This document shows, piece by piece, positions 1 through 10,300 of a DNA stretch of 64,000 nt. Below the pieces are notes generated by a model. That model was not told the origin of the DNA. It saw only the letters and a list, made by a program, of their open reading frames with translations, and did no database searches. This DNA is from Armatimonadota bacterium (GTDB lineage Bacteria > Armatimonadota > SYMT01), in the NCBI GenBank assembly GCA_046292385.1, contig JBKBRF010000002.1, positions 32,001-96,000 of the forward strand. The letters run 5' to 3'. Both the position numbers and the translations under genes were made by a program. Every line of letters starts with the position of its first letter. Position 1 is the first letter of the stretch.

Positions 1-2689
1 TGACCTGCTCCACCGTTACCGACCGGTAGAGCTCCCCGAACCGGTCCAGGTAGTCCGGTCCCAGGTCGTAGAACTCCATCCGCCAGAGCGCGTCGGCCAG
101 GCCGTTGTTGGTGGCGAGAGAGACCGGGTAGCTGCCGGTGATGTAGGCGACCGCCTCCTCCACTTCCCGCTGGGTGACGCCCTGCTCCCGGATGCGGGCG
201 ATCTCCTTCTCCAGCCCTTCCAGCGCCCGGCTCGCGTTGGCGGGGTTGGTGCCAAGCGCGGCGAGCACCGGACCGGAGTAGAGGTCCGCGTCGTAGAAGC
301 TGTAGACGTCGTACACCAGGCCCTGCTCGTCCCGGATCGTGTTGCCGAGCCGGCTGTTGAGCGCCCCGCCGCCGCCCAGGATCATGTTCATCACCTGGGT
401 GGCGTAGAAGTCCGGATCGCTGCGGCGCAGGCCGCCGGCGTGACCCCACACGACGGAGGTCTCGCTCTTATCCGGCACCGGGATGGTGATCCGGTCGGCG
501 CGGGCGGCTGCCGGGAGGTCGACGTTCGGGATCGCCCGCGCGGAGGCGTTGCGAGCCCAGTCGCCCAGCCGCAGCCGGAGCTGCTCCCGCACCTGGTCCG
601 CCGTCACGTTGCCGACCACCACCAGGATCATCCGGTCCGGCCCGTACTGCTGCCGGTAGAAGTTGACGACGTCGTCACGGGTGATCGACCGCACCTGGCG
701 CGCCGCTTCCTCCAGCGTCTCCGGCCGGAGCGGGTGGCCCTCCGGGTAGACGGCGCGGCGGAAGGCGCGCATCGCCAGCGAGCTGGGGTCGTCCGCTTCC
801 TGCGAGAGACCGGCCAGGATCTGGCTCTTCAGCCGCTCGATCTCCTCCTCGCGGAAGGTCGGCTCCCGGAGCATGTCGCCCAGCAGGTCCATCAGCAGGT
901 TGAAGTGCTGGCTCTGCGCCTGGCCGCCCAGGTTCACCGCCAGGTTGCCGCTGCTGGCAGTCAGGCTGGCGCCCACGTTCTCCAGCGACGTGGCGAAGTC
1001 AAGCGGCGGGCGGTCTTCCGTCCCGCGGGTCAGCAGCGCCGCGGTGATGCCCGCCAGGCCCGCCTTCCCCTTCGGCTCGAAGACCCGGCCCGCCGGCAGG
1101 CTGCCGCGCAGCGCGAAGGTGGGGCTGCTGGTGTTGTTCTGGACCACCACTTCGATGCCGTTGTCCAGCTTGAAGCGGTCGACTTTCCGCGCGACCGCGG
1201 TGCTCTTCGACGGCTTCGGCAGCGGGATCGGCCGGTCGCCGCGTCCCGGCTTGTCGACGCGCGCGGAGCTCTCCGGCACGCGCGGCGCGGGCGGCTCCTC
1301 GCCGGCGCTCTCCGCCGGGATGAAGTGGCCCACCGTCTGCGTGTCCCGCACGAAGTACTTCTGCGCCACCCGCTGGAGATCGGCCGGGGTGAGGGCGCGG
1401 ATGCGGTCGAGGTAGGTGGTGAGGTACTTCCAGTCGACCGCCATCTGCCAGTAGCCGATCAGGTCGGCCAGCTCGGCCACGCTGTCGCTGCGGAAGACGA
1501 AGTCGGCCTCCAGCTTGGTCTTGGCGCGCTGCAGCTCCTGCGCCGTGACCGGCTCGTTCTTCACCCGCTCGATCTGCTCCAACAGAGCGGTCTCCAGCTT
1601 CTCCGCGGAGACGCCCGGCGCGGCCATCGCGTTGAACATAAAGAGGAACGGGTCCTTGAGGCTCGGGGCGCCGGCGCTGACGTCGGTGGCGAGCTGCGTC
1701 TCCACCAGCCCCTGGTAGAGCCGGCTGGTGCGGCCGTCGCCCAGGATCGTGCCGAGCGCGTCGAGCGCGTAGAAGTCCGGGTCCTTCGCCGCGGGGGTGC
1801 GATAGCCAATCATCGCCATCGGCAGGCTGCCGGCGCGGCGCACCGTCACCCGGCGCTCGCCCCGCTGCGGCGGCTCCTGCGTGTAGACCGGCGGCGGAGT
1901 GGGGATCGGCTTCAGCTTCCCGAAGTGCTTCCGCACCAGCTCCAGCGCCTCGTCGGTATCGAAGTCGCCGACCATCACGATCGTGGCGTTATTCGGGCCG
2001 TAGTAGCGCTTGTAGTAGTCGTAGATCTGGTCCCGGGAAACGTTCTCCACGTCGCTCCGGTAGCCGATGATCGGCCAGTGGTAGGGGTGCGCCGTGTAGG
2101 CGGTGGCCACCACCGCGTTGCGGAGCAGCTCGGACGGGTCGTTCTCCCCGCCCTCCAGCTCGCTGCGCACCACCGACATCTCGGAGTCGAGGTCGGCCTT
2201 GTCGATGCGGCTGTTGACCATCCGGTCCGCCTCGATCTGCATCGCCAGCTCGAGCCGGTCGGAGGCGAGCGTCTCCCAGTAGTTGGTCCAGTCGAAGTAG
2301 GTGCCGGCGTTGTAGTCGGCTCCGTTCACGAAGAGTGAGCGGGAGATCTCGCCCAGGCGGTACTTCTTCGTCCCCTTGAAGAGCAGGTGCTCCAGCAGAT
2401 GCGAGACCCCGGTGATGCCGGTGTGCTCGTTCCGGGAGCCGACCGCGTACCAGACGGAGAAGTGGGCCACCGGCGCGGTGCGCACCTCTTTGGTGAGCAC
2501 TCGCAGCCCGTTCGGGAGCACCGTCTCGCGGATGTCCCGGGTGATCGCCGCGGCCGGCGAAGCCGCCGCCTCCTGGGCCTGCGCCGCGCCCACCCCCGCG
2601 CCGCCCGCCAGCAGGGCGAGCATCGCCGAGAGCATCAGGCACGGCAGCCAGCGGAGCCTGGATCCGGATTTATGCATGGGCTTGTTCAT
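1..2689 (-). CDS. M16 family (pitrilysin-like) zinc peptidase, secreted; 3' end runs off the window
   Basis: Not in the ORF track because there is no stop in the window. Read by hand from ATG 2689 (alternative 2677): signal peptide, then RETVLPNGLRV...VGSRNE...SHLLEHLLFKGT (inverted zincin HxxEH). The same frame is still coding at base 1. Confidence 0.92.
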   Translation of the reverse strand, partial: MNKPMHKSGSRLRWLPCLMLSAMLALLAGGAGVGAAQAQEAAASPAAAITRDIRETVLPNGLRVLTKEVRTAPVAHFSVWYAVGSRNEHTGITGVSHLLEHLLFKGTKKYRLGEISRSLFVNGADYNAGTYFDWTNYWETLASDRLELAMQIEADRMVNSRIDKADLDSEMSVVRSELEGGENDPSELLRNAVVATAYTAHPYHWPIIGYRSDVENVSRDQIYDYYKRYYGPNNATIVMVGDFDTDEALELVRKHFGKLKPIPTPPPVYTQEPPQRGERRVTVRRAGSLPMAMIGYRTPAAKDPDFYALDALGTILGDGRTSRLYQGLVETQLATDVSAGAPSLKDPFLFMFNAMAAPGVSAEKLETALLEQIERVKNEPVTAQELQRAKTKLEADFVFRSDSVAELADLIGYWQMAVDWKYLTTYLDRIRALTPADLQRVAQKYFVRDTQTVGHFIPAESAGEEPPAPRVPESSARVDKPGRGDRPIPLPKPSKSTAVARKVDRFKLDNGIEVVVQNNTSSPTFALRGSLPAGRVFEPKGKAGLAGITAALLTRGTEDRPPLDFATSLENVGASLTASSGNLAVNLGGQAQSQHFNLLMDLLGDMLREPTFREEEIERLKSQILAGLSQEADDPSSLAMRAFRRAVYPEGHPLRPETLEEAARQVRSITRDDVVNFYRQQYGPDRMILVVVGNVTADQVREQLRLRLGDWARNASARAIPNVDLPAAARADRITIPVPDKSETSVVWGHAGGLRRSDPDFYATQVMNMILGGGGALNSRLGNTIRDEQGLVYDVYSFYDADLYSGPVLAALGTNPANASRALEGLEKEIARIREQGVTQREVEEAVAYITGSYPVSLATNNGLADALWRMEFYDLGPDYLDRFGELYRSVTVEQV

Positions 2690-2706
2690 CTTGAATAGGG
2701 CTTCTT

Positions 2707-2750
2707 TAGACACAGGGGGACACAGATTTCGACACAGAGCGGACACAGTG
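2707..2750. repeat. Fragment of the GACACAGAG repeat family
   Basis: agacacagggggacacagatttcgacacagagcggacacag matches the termini of the elements at 36281 and 38619. Confidence 0.6.
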
Positions 2751-3018
2751 GCAGCCTCGCCGGTACCGGGTAACCCTCCACGCAAAGGACGCAGACCCTT
2801 CGGTCTGGCCTGTGGAGTGCGGTGGCTTACCACTGCTTCCCGCAGCGCGGGAATGTGGTCCCCGCACGACAGAGTCTCCTCGCAAGGGACAATCAGTTCC
2901 GTGCGGCAGCCGTTTATGTCGGATTACAGCTCCCCCGTGCCGCGGCTCAGTATACCGGATCACTTCCGCCGCCGTCGTTGACCCGGAACTAACTGAACGG
3001 GGTGGAGCAACCAAGCTG

Positions 3019-3405
3019 TCACCAGCAGGCATTTGCCTCGGGGTACTGGTGAATCCGTTCGTCCGGAGTCAGGAGTCTGAAGCGCCGCTCCTGTGCGGTT
3101 GCCACCAGGATGCGATCGCATGGGTCGCGATGGTGATCCGGCAGCAGCGCGGAAGCGACGACAATCTCACGGGTGATGGGCGCTTCGATCAAGCCGTGGA
3201 TTTGAATGGCTCGCGTCAGCCATTCAGCGGGAGCGATCGGTAGAGACAGCTTTCCAGATCGGTGCTTCCAGGTAATCTCCCACGCAGAGATCGGTGAGAA
3301 GTAGAGCGCGTCCTTCTGCCGTGCCAGCCACTCTCTCGCGGCAGTGGAGAGCCGACTTTGATCGTCAGCCAGCCAGAGCATCGTGCACGTATCGAGAAGC
3401 AGCAT
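3019..3405 (-). CDS. vapC: PIN-domain (VapC-type) toxin
   Basis: LLLDT N-terminus, SPISAWE, HRDPxDRILVA motifs; 128 aa. Confidence 0.9.
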   Translation of the reverse strand: MLLLDTCTMLWLADDQSRLSTAAREWLARQKDALYFSPISAWEITWKHRSGKLSLPIAPAEWLTRAIQIHGLIEAPITREIVVASALLPDHHRDPCDRILVATAQERRFRLLTPDERIHQYPEANACW

Positions 3406-3409
3406 TTGG

Positions 3410-3664
3410 CTACTCGAAGGCTTCCGGCCAATCCGACGGCGAAATCGGCGCCGTTGGGTCCTCGTGGAACTGAATGCCCATCAGGAGCGGATCACGTCGG
3501 AACGGACGGTCCGGGGAGTCCGGCTCTTCGTGCGGAGATGGTATCTCTGGCTCGGCATTCAGGGCGGCGGCGATCAGGGCCTCGGCTAATTCGTCGACAC
3601 TCCTGCCTTCTCGGGCTGCTTTACGGCGCAGCCGGGCTTCAGTTTCCTGGGTGAGCGCTACCAT
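3410..3664 (-). CDS. Putative antitoxin (ribbon-helix-helix-like N-terminus)
   Basis: 84 aa, immediately upstream of the PIN toxin; LRRKAAREGRSVDELAEALI pattern and acidic tail. Confidence 0.7.
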   Translation of the reverse strand: MVALTQETEARLRRKAAREGRSVDELAEALIAAALNAEPEIPSPHEEPDSPDRPFRRDPLLMGIQFHEDPTAPISPSDWPEAFE

Positions 3665-3761
3665 GCTCCCACCTCCAGTCGCAAGTACTCTCTACGCGCC
3701 TCGTTACCTCTATTATGCCGAGCCAATCCGTGGCACCACAATGGTGACCAGGCGGTGATCG

Positions 3762-5324
3762 TCAGGGACTACCGCTCCCGGTGCGGCTGGTGATGAACCC
3801 CTCCCACAGCTGGTTCTCCACCCAGAGCTGCACCGTCACGCCGGGGCGGAGGCTGTGGAAGCCGGTCATGAAGTGGCTCTCGCCCAGGCGCTCCGTGAGC
3901 GGCTCGTCGAGGTCGGAGGAGGAGAGGACGATCGGCGTGCTCCGGAGGCGCGCCTCGTCCTCTGCCGGCAGGCCGGTCCAGTAGCCGACCCGCTCCAGCC
4001 GCCGCAGGTACCAGGGGAGCGGCCAGTAGTACTCGTCGGAGAAGACGACCTGCGCCACGGTCTGCCGCCCGGCCGAGCTGAAGGCGGCCAGCTCGTTCAC
4101 CCGCTGCTCGATCTCCCGCACGCCCCGCAGCGGCTGCGCGTAGACGTACGGCCCGGCGTGGTCGTCGCGGTAGCCGAAGGTGGCGCGCTGCGACTGCCAC
4201 GCCAGGTGTCCCGCTCCCGCGAGGAGCAGGAGCGCTACTGCGGCCTTAAGCGGTGCCGACCGCGGCAGCGAGAGGAGCGTCCCGGCGCCCAGCCCCGCCA
4301 GCAGCAGGAAGCCGAGGTAGAAGCTCAGCAGGTTCCACGGCGTCTTGTACGGGATCAGGCTGTAGGCGAGGGTGAGCGCGACGGTGTAGACGAGGGCGAA
4401 GCGGACGAAGCCGGGGTGCGCACCGGAGCGCTCTCGCAGCTTGCGGGAGAGAGCCGTGACGGCTCCCACCGCGGCGAGCGCGAGGACGAGCAGCTCCGTC
4501 CAGACCGGCCCATCGTGCGGGCGCTGCCAGGCGAGGAGCGAAAGGTAGTAGTGCCACGGGTGGCGGTGGAGCTCCGTCCCGCCGGCGCGGCGGAGCCAGG
4601 GGGTGTAGGTCTCGAAGTAGCCGAGCGGCCCGGCCGGGTGGGAGAGGAAGCCGGAGAGGAAGAGGTAGGCGACCGCCAGCGACGCGACCACCGCGAGCCC
4701 CAGCCGCCACTTTTCCACCTTCGCTGCGGGCAGCTCCGGACGGGCGGCGAGCCAGGCGAGCCCGAGGGCGGCGAAGGTGAGGACGGAAGTTTCCTTCGTG
4801 GCGATCACCAGCCCGGCCGCGACCGCCGCGCCGGCCAGCCAGGGCAGGCCTCCGGAGACGCGGTGCCGCCACCAGCAGCCGATCAGCGCCAGCGTGAAGC
4901 AGATGAGGGCTACTTCCTGGATGAAATAGCGGCTGTAGAAGACGAACGGCGCGGAGACGGCGGTGAGGAGCGCCGCCGCGAGCGCCCCGCCGGTGCCGAG
5001 GCCGTCCCGGAGCAGCAGGAAGAGCGGGACCATCGCCGCCCCGAGCAGTGCCAGGGCCAGGCGGTAGTCGGCCTCCTGCGTCGCCGCGAAGCTCTCCCGG
5101 CCCCGTGCGGCGAGCACCGGCAGGGCGGCGTAGTAGATCGTTGGGCCGTGGTACTCGTTCGGGTCGTACTCGTAGCGGCCATGCTCCCACAGCTCCCGCA
5201 GCTTGGCGGCGTGGACCGCCTCGTCGCCGTGGAACGGGCGGTCGCCCAGGCGCGGGAGCCGGAGCAGGAGCGCCGCCGCCAGGATGCAGAGCATGGCGGC
5301 GGCGTAGGAGAGCTTCCGGCGCAT
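3762..5324 (-). CDS. GT-C/PMT-like membrane glycosyltransferase (TIGR03663/Agl23-like)
   Basis: RPFHGDEAVH, YHGP, YSRYF, KTPW and YWPLPWY motifs; many TM helices. Confidence 0.75.
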   Translation of the reverse strand: MRRKLSYAAAMLCILAAALLLRLPRLGDRPFHGDEAVHAAKLRELWEHGRYEYDPNEYHGPTIYYAALPVLAARGRESFAATQEADYRLALALLGAAMVPLFLLLRDGLGTGGALAAALLTAVSAPFVFYSRYFIQEVALICFTLALIGCWWRHRVSGGLPWLAGAAVAAGLVIATKETSVLTFAALGLAWLAARPELPAAKVEKWRLGLAVVASLAVAYLFLSGFLSHPAGPLGYFETYTPWLRRAGGTELHRHPWHYYLSLLAWQRPHDGPVWTELLVLALAAVGAVTALSRKLRERSGAHPGFVRFALVYTVALTLAYSLIPYKTPWNLLSFYLGFLLLAGLGAGTLLSLPRSAPLKAAVALLLLAGAGHLAWQSQRATFGYRDDHAGPYVYAQPLRGVREIEQRVNELAAFSSAGRQTVAQVVFSDEYYWPLPWYLRRLERVGYWTGLPAEDEARLRSTPIVLSSSDLDEPLTERLGESHFMTGFHSLRPGVTVQLWVENQLWEGFITSRTGSGSP

Positions 5325-5328
5325 CGAG

Positions 5329-6033
5329 CTACTTCGCGGGAAGGCCGTAGACTTCCACCTCGGCGTACCGGTTCAGCGGGTCGCGGTAGGTGCTGCCGTT
5401 GCTGTACAGGCGCACGTAGCGGGCGGTGACGCCCTTGGCGTCGACCAGCTTCCCTTCCTGCGTCTCGAAGTACTCCCGGTCGCGGCCGAGGCCGAGGCCG
5501 GACGAGTTGTCGACGTCGTTGTTGAAGAGGGTGGTCACTCCGTCGAGGAAGTTCGGGTCGTTGGAGATCTGCACCACCACGTCGCGGAAGACGACCGGCT
5601 CGTGGTGGAAGTGCCAGAAGAGGATGTAGAAGAGCTTCGACGGCGCACCGAGGTCGATCTGAACCCACTGCGTGCGGGAGTAGAGCTCCAGCACCGAGCC
5701 GTCGACCGCTTCCTTATTGCCGTCGGTCACCAGCTCCACGCTCCCCTCGTAGGGGGCCTTGCTGGTGGTCACCTTCTTCTTCAACGCGAGATTGGTGGTC
5801 CCTTTGGGGACCAGCGGCACCGGCCGCGGGCGGCCGAGCGGCTTCTCCACGTTGGTGCCTACCGGGGCATTAGAGGGGGTGCCTGCGAACGCCGGCTTCG
5901 GCAGCGTATGCGGCAGTGGGACCATCTCGTTCTGCGCGGTTGCCGTTAGCGGCAGCACGCCGGCTCCAAAGACCGCGGCCGCCAGGAGTAGGTTACGTCT
6001 CACGAATCGTTCTCCCTGGCTCACACGCCCCAC
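5329..6033 (-). CDS. Secreted discoidin (F5/8 type C) domain protein; true start probably GTG ~6003
   Basis: Signal peptide; TNLALKK, VTDG, WVQIDLG, ARYVRLYS and EVEVYG motifs. Confidence 0.8.
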   Translation of the reverse strand: MGRVSQGERFVRRNLLLAAAVFGAGVLPLTATAQNEMVPLPHTLPKPAFAGTPSNAPVGTNVEKPLGRPRPVPLVPKGTTNLALKKKVTTSKAPYEGSVELVTDGNKEAVDGSVLELYSRTQWVQIDLGAPSKLFYILFWHFHHEPVVFRDVVVQISNDPNFLDGVTTLFNNDVDNSSGLGLGRDREYFETQEGKLVDAKGVTARYVRLYSNGSTYRDPLNRYAEVEVYGLPAK

Positions 6034-7343
6034 CCGCCGCGAGCATGGCGGGCGCGGAGGCGGTTCGCCTCGTCATCGTTCACGAACTGCTCGCGCTTGC
6101 CCTCCCAGGTGAGCGGGCGCCGGAGCTGCATCCCGATCGCGGCGATGGAGCAGAGGGTGGTGGCGCGGTGGGCGACCTCCACCGGCGCGCAGGTGCGGCG
6201 GCCCTTCCGAACGCAGTCGATGAAGTCGCCGGGCAGCGTCTCCCGCAGGCGCACCTTATCCCGCGGCCCGATGCGGACCTGCAGGAGGTGCTTCGGCTCC
6301 GCCTCCACCTGGTTGCGCCAGATGAAAACCTGGCCTTCCGTCCCCTCGAACGTCACGCCCATCCGGTGCTGGGGCCAATCGCTGCTCGCCGGAGAGCCGA
6401 AGCCGTCGCCGGCGCAGTCGGTCCAGTGCCAGGTGGGGCCGCCCTCGAAGGCGAAGCGCATCTGCCAGCGGTGGGGGTTGTCGAAGAGGCCGTCGGCGGG
6501 GAAGATCCCCTTCGCGTCGACCTCCACCCGGCCGGTGTAGTCGTCCAGGCCGGAGCCCTGCATGGCGCTGTCGCAGTGGTGCACGCCCCAGCCGGCGATG
6601 TAGCCGAGGCTGTAGTCGGAGATGTGGTACCACGGGTGCGACGCGATCCGGAGCGGCGTGAAGGGAGCCCACGGCGCCGGGCCGAGCCACATGTTCCAGT
6701 CGAGGCCCTCCGGCACCGGCTGCGGCGGCTGCGGGGGGCAGGTCGCGCCGGACGGGCTGCCGATCTTCACGTGCTTCAGTTCGCCGATGTAGCCGTTGCG
6801 CACCAGCTCGCAGCCGAAAAGCATCCGCTCGTCGTGCCGCTGCTGCGTGCCGTGCTGGAAGACGACTCCGTGCCGGCGGACGGCGTCGACCACGGCCTGC
6901 CCCTCCGCGATCGTCCGCGTGAGCGGCTTCTGGCAGTAGACGTGCTTGCCGGCCCGGGCGGCGGCGACTACGATGGGGGCGTGCCAGTGGTCCGGCGTGG
7001 CGATGTAGACCGCGTCGACGTCCGGCCGGGCGAGCAGCTCGCGGAAGTCGTTCACGGCGGCGCAGGTGCCCTTGCCCTGCTGCGCCTCCACCAGCGTCTT
7101 CGCTGCCTCGCGCCGCTGCCGCTGGACGTCGCAGACGCCGACGTACTGCACGTCCTCGCGCAGGAACATGTTCCACGCGAAGCCCATGCCGATCGACGCC
7201 ATGTTGATCCGGTTGCTGGGAGCGGTGTTCCCGTCCCGGCCGAGGGCGCGGGCGGGGATGAACATCGGAATCGCGAGCGCGGCCCCCGCCCCGCAGGCAC
7301 GGGAGAGGAGCTCTCTCCGGCTGGTCGTCTGTCTCTCCGCCAT
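6021..7343 (-). CDS. Tat-exported Gfo/Idh/MocA family oxidoreductase
   Basis: Start MAERQTTSRRELL (twin-Arg); DVDAVYIATPDHWH and GKHVYCQKP motifs. Confidence 0.92.
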   Translation of the reverse strand: MAERQTTSRRELLSRACGAGAALAIPMFIPARALGRDGNTAPSNRINMASIGMGFAWNMFLREDVQYVGVCDVQRQRREAAKTLVEAQQGKGTCAAVNDFRELLARPDVDAVYIATPDHWHAPIVVAAARAGKHVYCQKPLTRTIAEGQAVVDAVRRHGVVFQHGTQQRHDERMLFGCELVRNGYIGELKHVKIGSPSGATCPPQPPQPVPEGLDWNMWLGPAPWAPFTPLRIASHPWYHISDYSLGYIAGWGVHHCDSAMQGSGLDDYTGRVEVDAKGIFPADGLFDNPHRWQMRFAFEGGPTWHWTDCAGDGFGSPASSDWPQHRMGVTFEGTEGQVFIWRNQVEAEPKHLLQVRIGPRDKVRLRETLPGDFIDCVRKGRRTCAPVEVAHRATTLCSIAAIGMQLRRPLTWEGKREQFVNDDEANRLRARHARGGWGV

Positions 7344-7345
7344 CG

Positions 7346-10300
7346 CTACCTCCTCACCTGCGCCGCGCGGGCGCGCAGCTCCGTCGCCTGCGTCTTCAGC
7401 TCCGCGTTCTCTACGCGCGCCAGCACCTGGTCCATCGCCTCGATCACGAGCGCGGCGTGCTCCGGCAGCAGCTTCCCGGAGATCGCGACCACCGCCGCGC
7501 CGGCTTCTTCGGCCACCCCCTCCTGTGCCAGCAGCGGCAGTGCCGTCCGCAGCGCCTCCACCGCCGGCACTCCCGTCAGGGCGGCCAGCGCCAGCCGGCG
7601 CTCGTCGTCGCGCTGCGCCAGGGCCAGCCCCTGGCGAGACATCTCCAGCCGCCGCTCGGCCGGGACCGCCGGCAGCGCCGCCATGCGGAGGTAGCCGCGC
7701 AGGGCCAGCGTGCGGTGCGTCGGGTTCGCGCTCTGCGTCAGCGAGAGCAGCGCCTCCGCCGCGTCGGGGGTCGGCCAATCGGTGAGCAGCCCCAGCGCCT
7801 CGTTTTGCAGCTCCGGGTCCGGGTCGCCGACCGCCGCCCGCACCGCCGCCAGCGCCTTCGGCCCGCCGTGCAGGGCGAGCGACCGCAGCAGGGCCGCCTT
7901 CGCCTCGCCCTTCGCTCCGCCGAGGCCGGCCAGGAGCGCGTCGGCCCACCGGTCTTTCTCCCGGGTGCGGGCGTAGACCGTGGCGAGCGCCCGCTCCGCC
8001 GACTGGATCTCCCGTGGGTCGTCCGTGCCGGTCAGCAGCTCCACCAGCGCCGGCGTCTCCGCGGTCCCGGCGGTTTCTCCCAGCGCCCGGAGCGCGGCGA
8101 CCCGCAGGGCGGGCTCGTCTCCTCGGGCGGTCCGGAGCAGGAGGGGCCCCGCCGCGGCGTGGCCGCGCCGGCCGAGTGCCTCGACCGCGGCCGCGCGGCG
8201 CTTCACGTCTCCCTGTTCCACGGAGCGCAGCAGGGCGGCGTCCACCGCATCACCGGAGAGCGCGGCCAGGCTGCCGCGAGCGGCGGCGGCAAGCTCCGGA
8301 TCGGTCCCGCCGGCCTCCGCAAGAAGCATCGGCACGTCGGTCTCGTCTCCCAGCCGCCCCAGGGCCTGCGCGGCGGTGAGGCGCACCGCAGGATTGCCGA
8401 GCCGCAGGGTGTCCCGCACGGCGGGCGCGGCCGCGGGATCGCCGCGGTCGGCCAGCGCGGTGATCGCCAGGGCCTGTGCCTCCGCGGGGAGTCTCCCCAG
8501 GCGAGACGCGATGGCGGTGGTGACTTCCGGGCCCGGCAACTCCCGGATCAGGAGGAGCATGGCGGCACGGCCCTCGGGATCGCCCGCGTGGAGCTGCTCC
8601 AGCAGGAGCGGCACCCCGGCGGCTCCGCGGAGCAGGATCGTCGCCCGCACCGCCGCGCGGCGCGCCGGCTGCGGCACGTCGGGCCGGCGCAAGCGCTCGT
8701 AGAGGCGCGCCGCATCCTGTCCCTCGGACTGCTCCGCGCACTTGAGCAATGCTGCCGCGAGGACCGGCGCTTCAGAAGCGGGAGCCTGATCGAGGGCGGC
8801 GGAGAGGGCGGCCGCGGCCGACGGCCCGCCGATGCTCCCCAGCGCCACGATGGCGGCGCTGCGGACGGAGGCCTCCGCGTCCCGGAGCAGCGGCGCGAGG
8901 TGCGGCACCGCGCCGCGGCTCCCGCGGTGGCCGAGCGTCTGGATCAGCTCCACGCGCGCGCCAACCGGCGCCCGTTCCAGGGCCTGAATCAGGGCGCGCT
9001 CCGCTTCGGCGCTGGGGATCCGCTCCAGGGCAAAGCAGGCCATCGGGGTCAGGACCGGATCGCCGAGCAGCTTCGCCAGGGTGGGGACGCTCGCCGCGGA
9101 GCCGACCACCGCCAGCTGGCGGCAGACGAAGTCGCGAGCGGCCGCCGTGTTCGCCGGATCGCCGAGGACCTCGAGCAGCCGCGCTTCCAGCGCCTGGCGT
9201 GCTCTCCGGTCCGCCCCGGCCCGGGTAACCGCCTCTTCGATCGGCCCCAGCGGCCGGCGGGTCATGCCCCAGTCGTAGGCCGGCAGGTAGTCCCACGGGT
9301 CGAGCGCCACCGTCACCGGCGGCTGGATCGCCGGGCCGTACTTCTGGATCAGGTGCGCGGTGAGGCCGGCGCGCTGCGCTTCCGTGAGGGCGGTGCGGTA
9401 GATCAGTACCTCGGAGACGTCGCCGTGGAAGTGACCGCGCTCCTGGCCGAGGTAGAACCGCCCTCCCAGGCGCAGCTCTTCCATCACGGTGAGGGCGTCG
9501 CTCGCGCCGCGCGCTTCCTCTTCCTGGCCGTTCACCCAGAGCCGGGAGCTGCCGCTGCCGGTGCTGAGGACCAGCACCTGTCCGCTGCCGAACGGGGCCG
9601 CGCCGGTGCGCAGGTTCGTGGCGCCGCCGCCCTTGATCCCCTCGATGTTGACCGCGTTGAAGGCGGGGGTAGCGGTGGGGCCGAGGTCGAGATTGAACCC
9701 GGTTTGGAAGTCGTCCTGGCCGGGCCGGTTCGCCGCCAGGAGCGACCGGAACTGCCCGGCGTTGGAGCGCGGCGTCACCACGAGGGCGAGCGTCCACTCC
9801 TTCGAAGCCTGCCGGAAGGCGGTGTCCCGGAGCACGTCATCCATACCGTCGAAGCGGACCGCCGGCCGGCCGCCGAGCGCCTCCGCGGCGTAGACCGGCT
9901 GCCTCGCTCCCGTGCTGGTGAGGCGCGCGGTAACGCGGCCCGCTTTACTGGCCCAGGCGGAGACGCGGCCGTCCGCGCCGGTCGTCACGGTGGCGCGGTC
10001 CGCGGCGTCGAGCCAGAGCAGCAGGTCCGGATCGGCGGCGTTCGGCGCGACCGGCGCCGCGGGCTCCTGCGCCGTCTTCACCACCTCCGGCTTGCGCGTG
10101 GTGGTGCGCGCCCCGGAAAGCGCCAGTGGGTCGAACCGGTAGGGCGACTCGCCCGCCGCCCAGGCGGTGCCGCGCAGCACCAGGAGGCGGAAGTACGGAT
10201 CGTCGAAGGTCCAGGAGTAGTGGCCCGGGATCGAGTTGAAGACGCGCCCTTTGCCGACCGTGTGGGTCCAGAACATCGGGTGCGGCGCGAGCTGCCCGGT

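Noticed and set aside
440..2338. Long + strand ORF (likewise 7457-11257, 3855-5429, 52571-54727 and similar)
   Set aside because: These are antisense shadow ORFs of real genes, typical of high-GC DNA, with Arg/Pro/Gly-rich sequence and no motifs.
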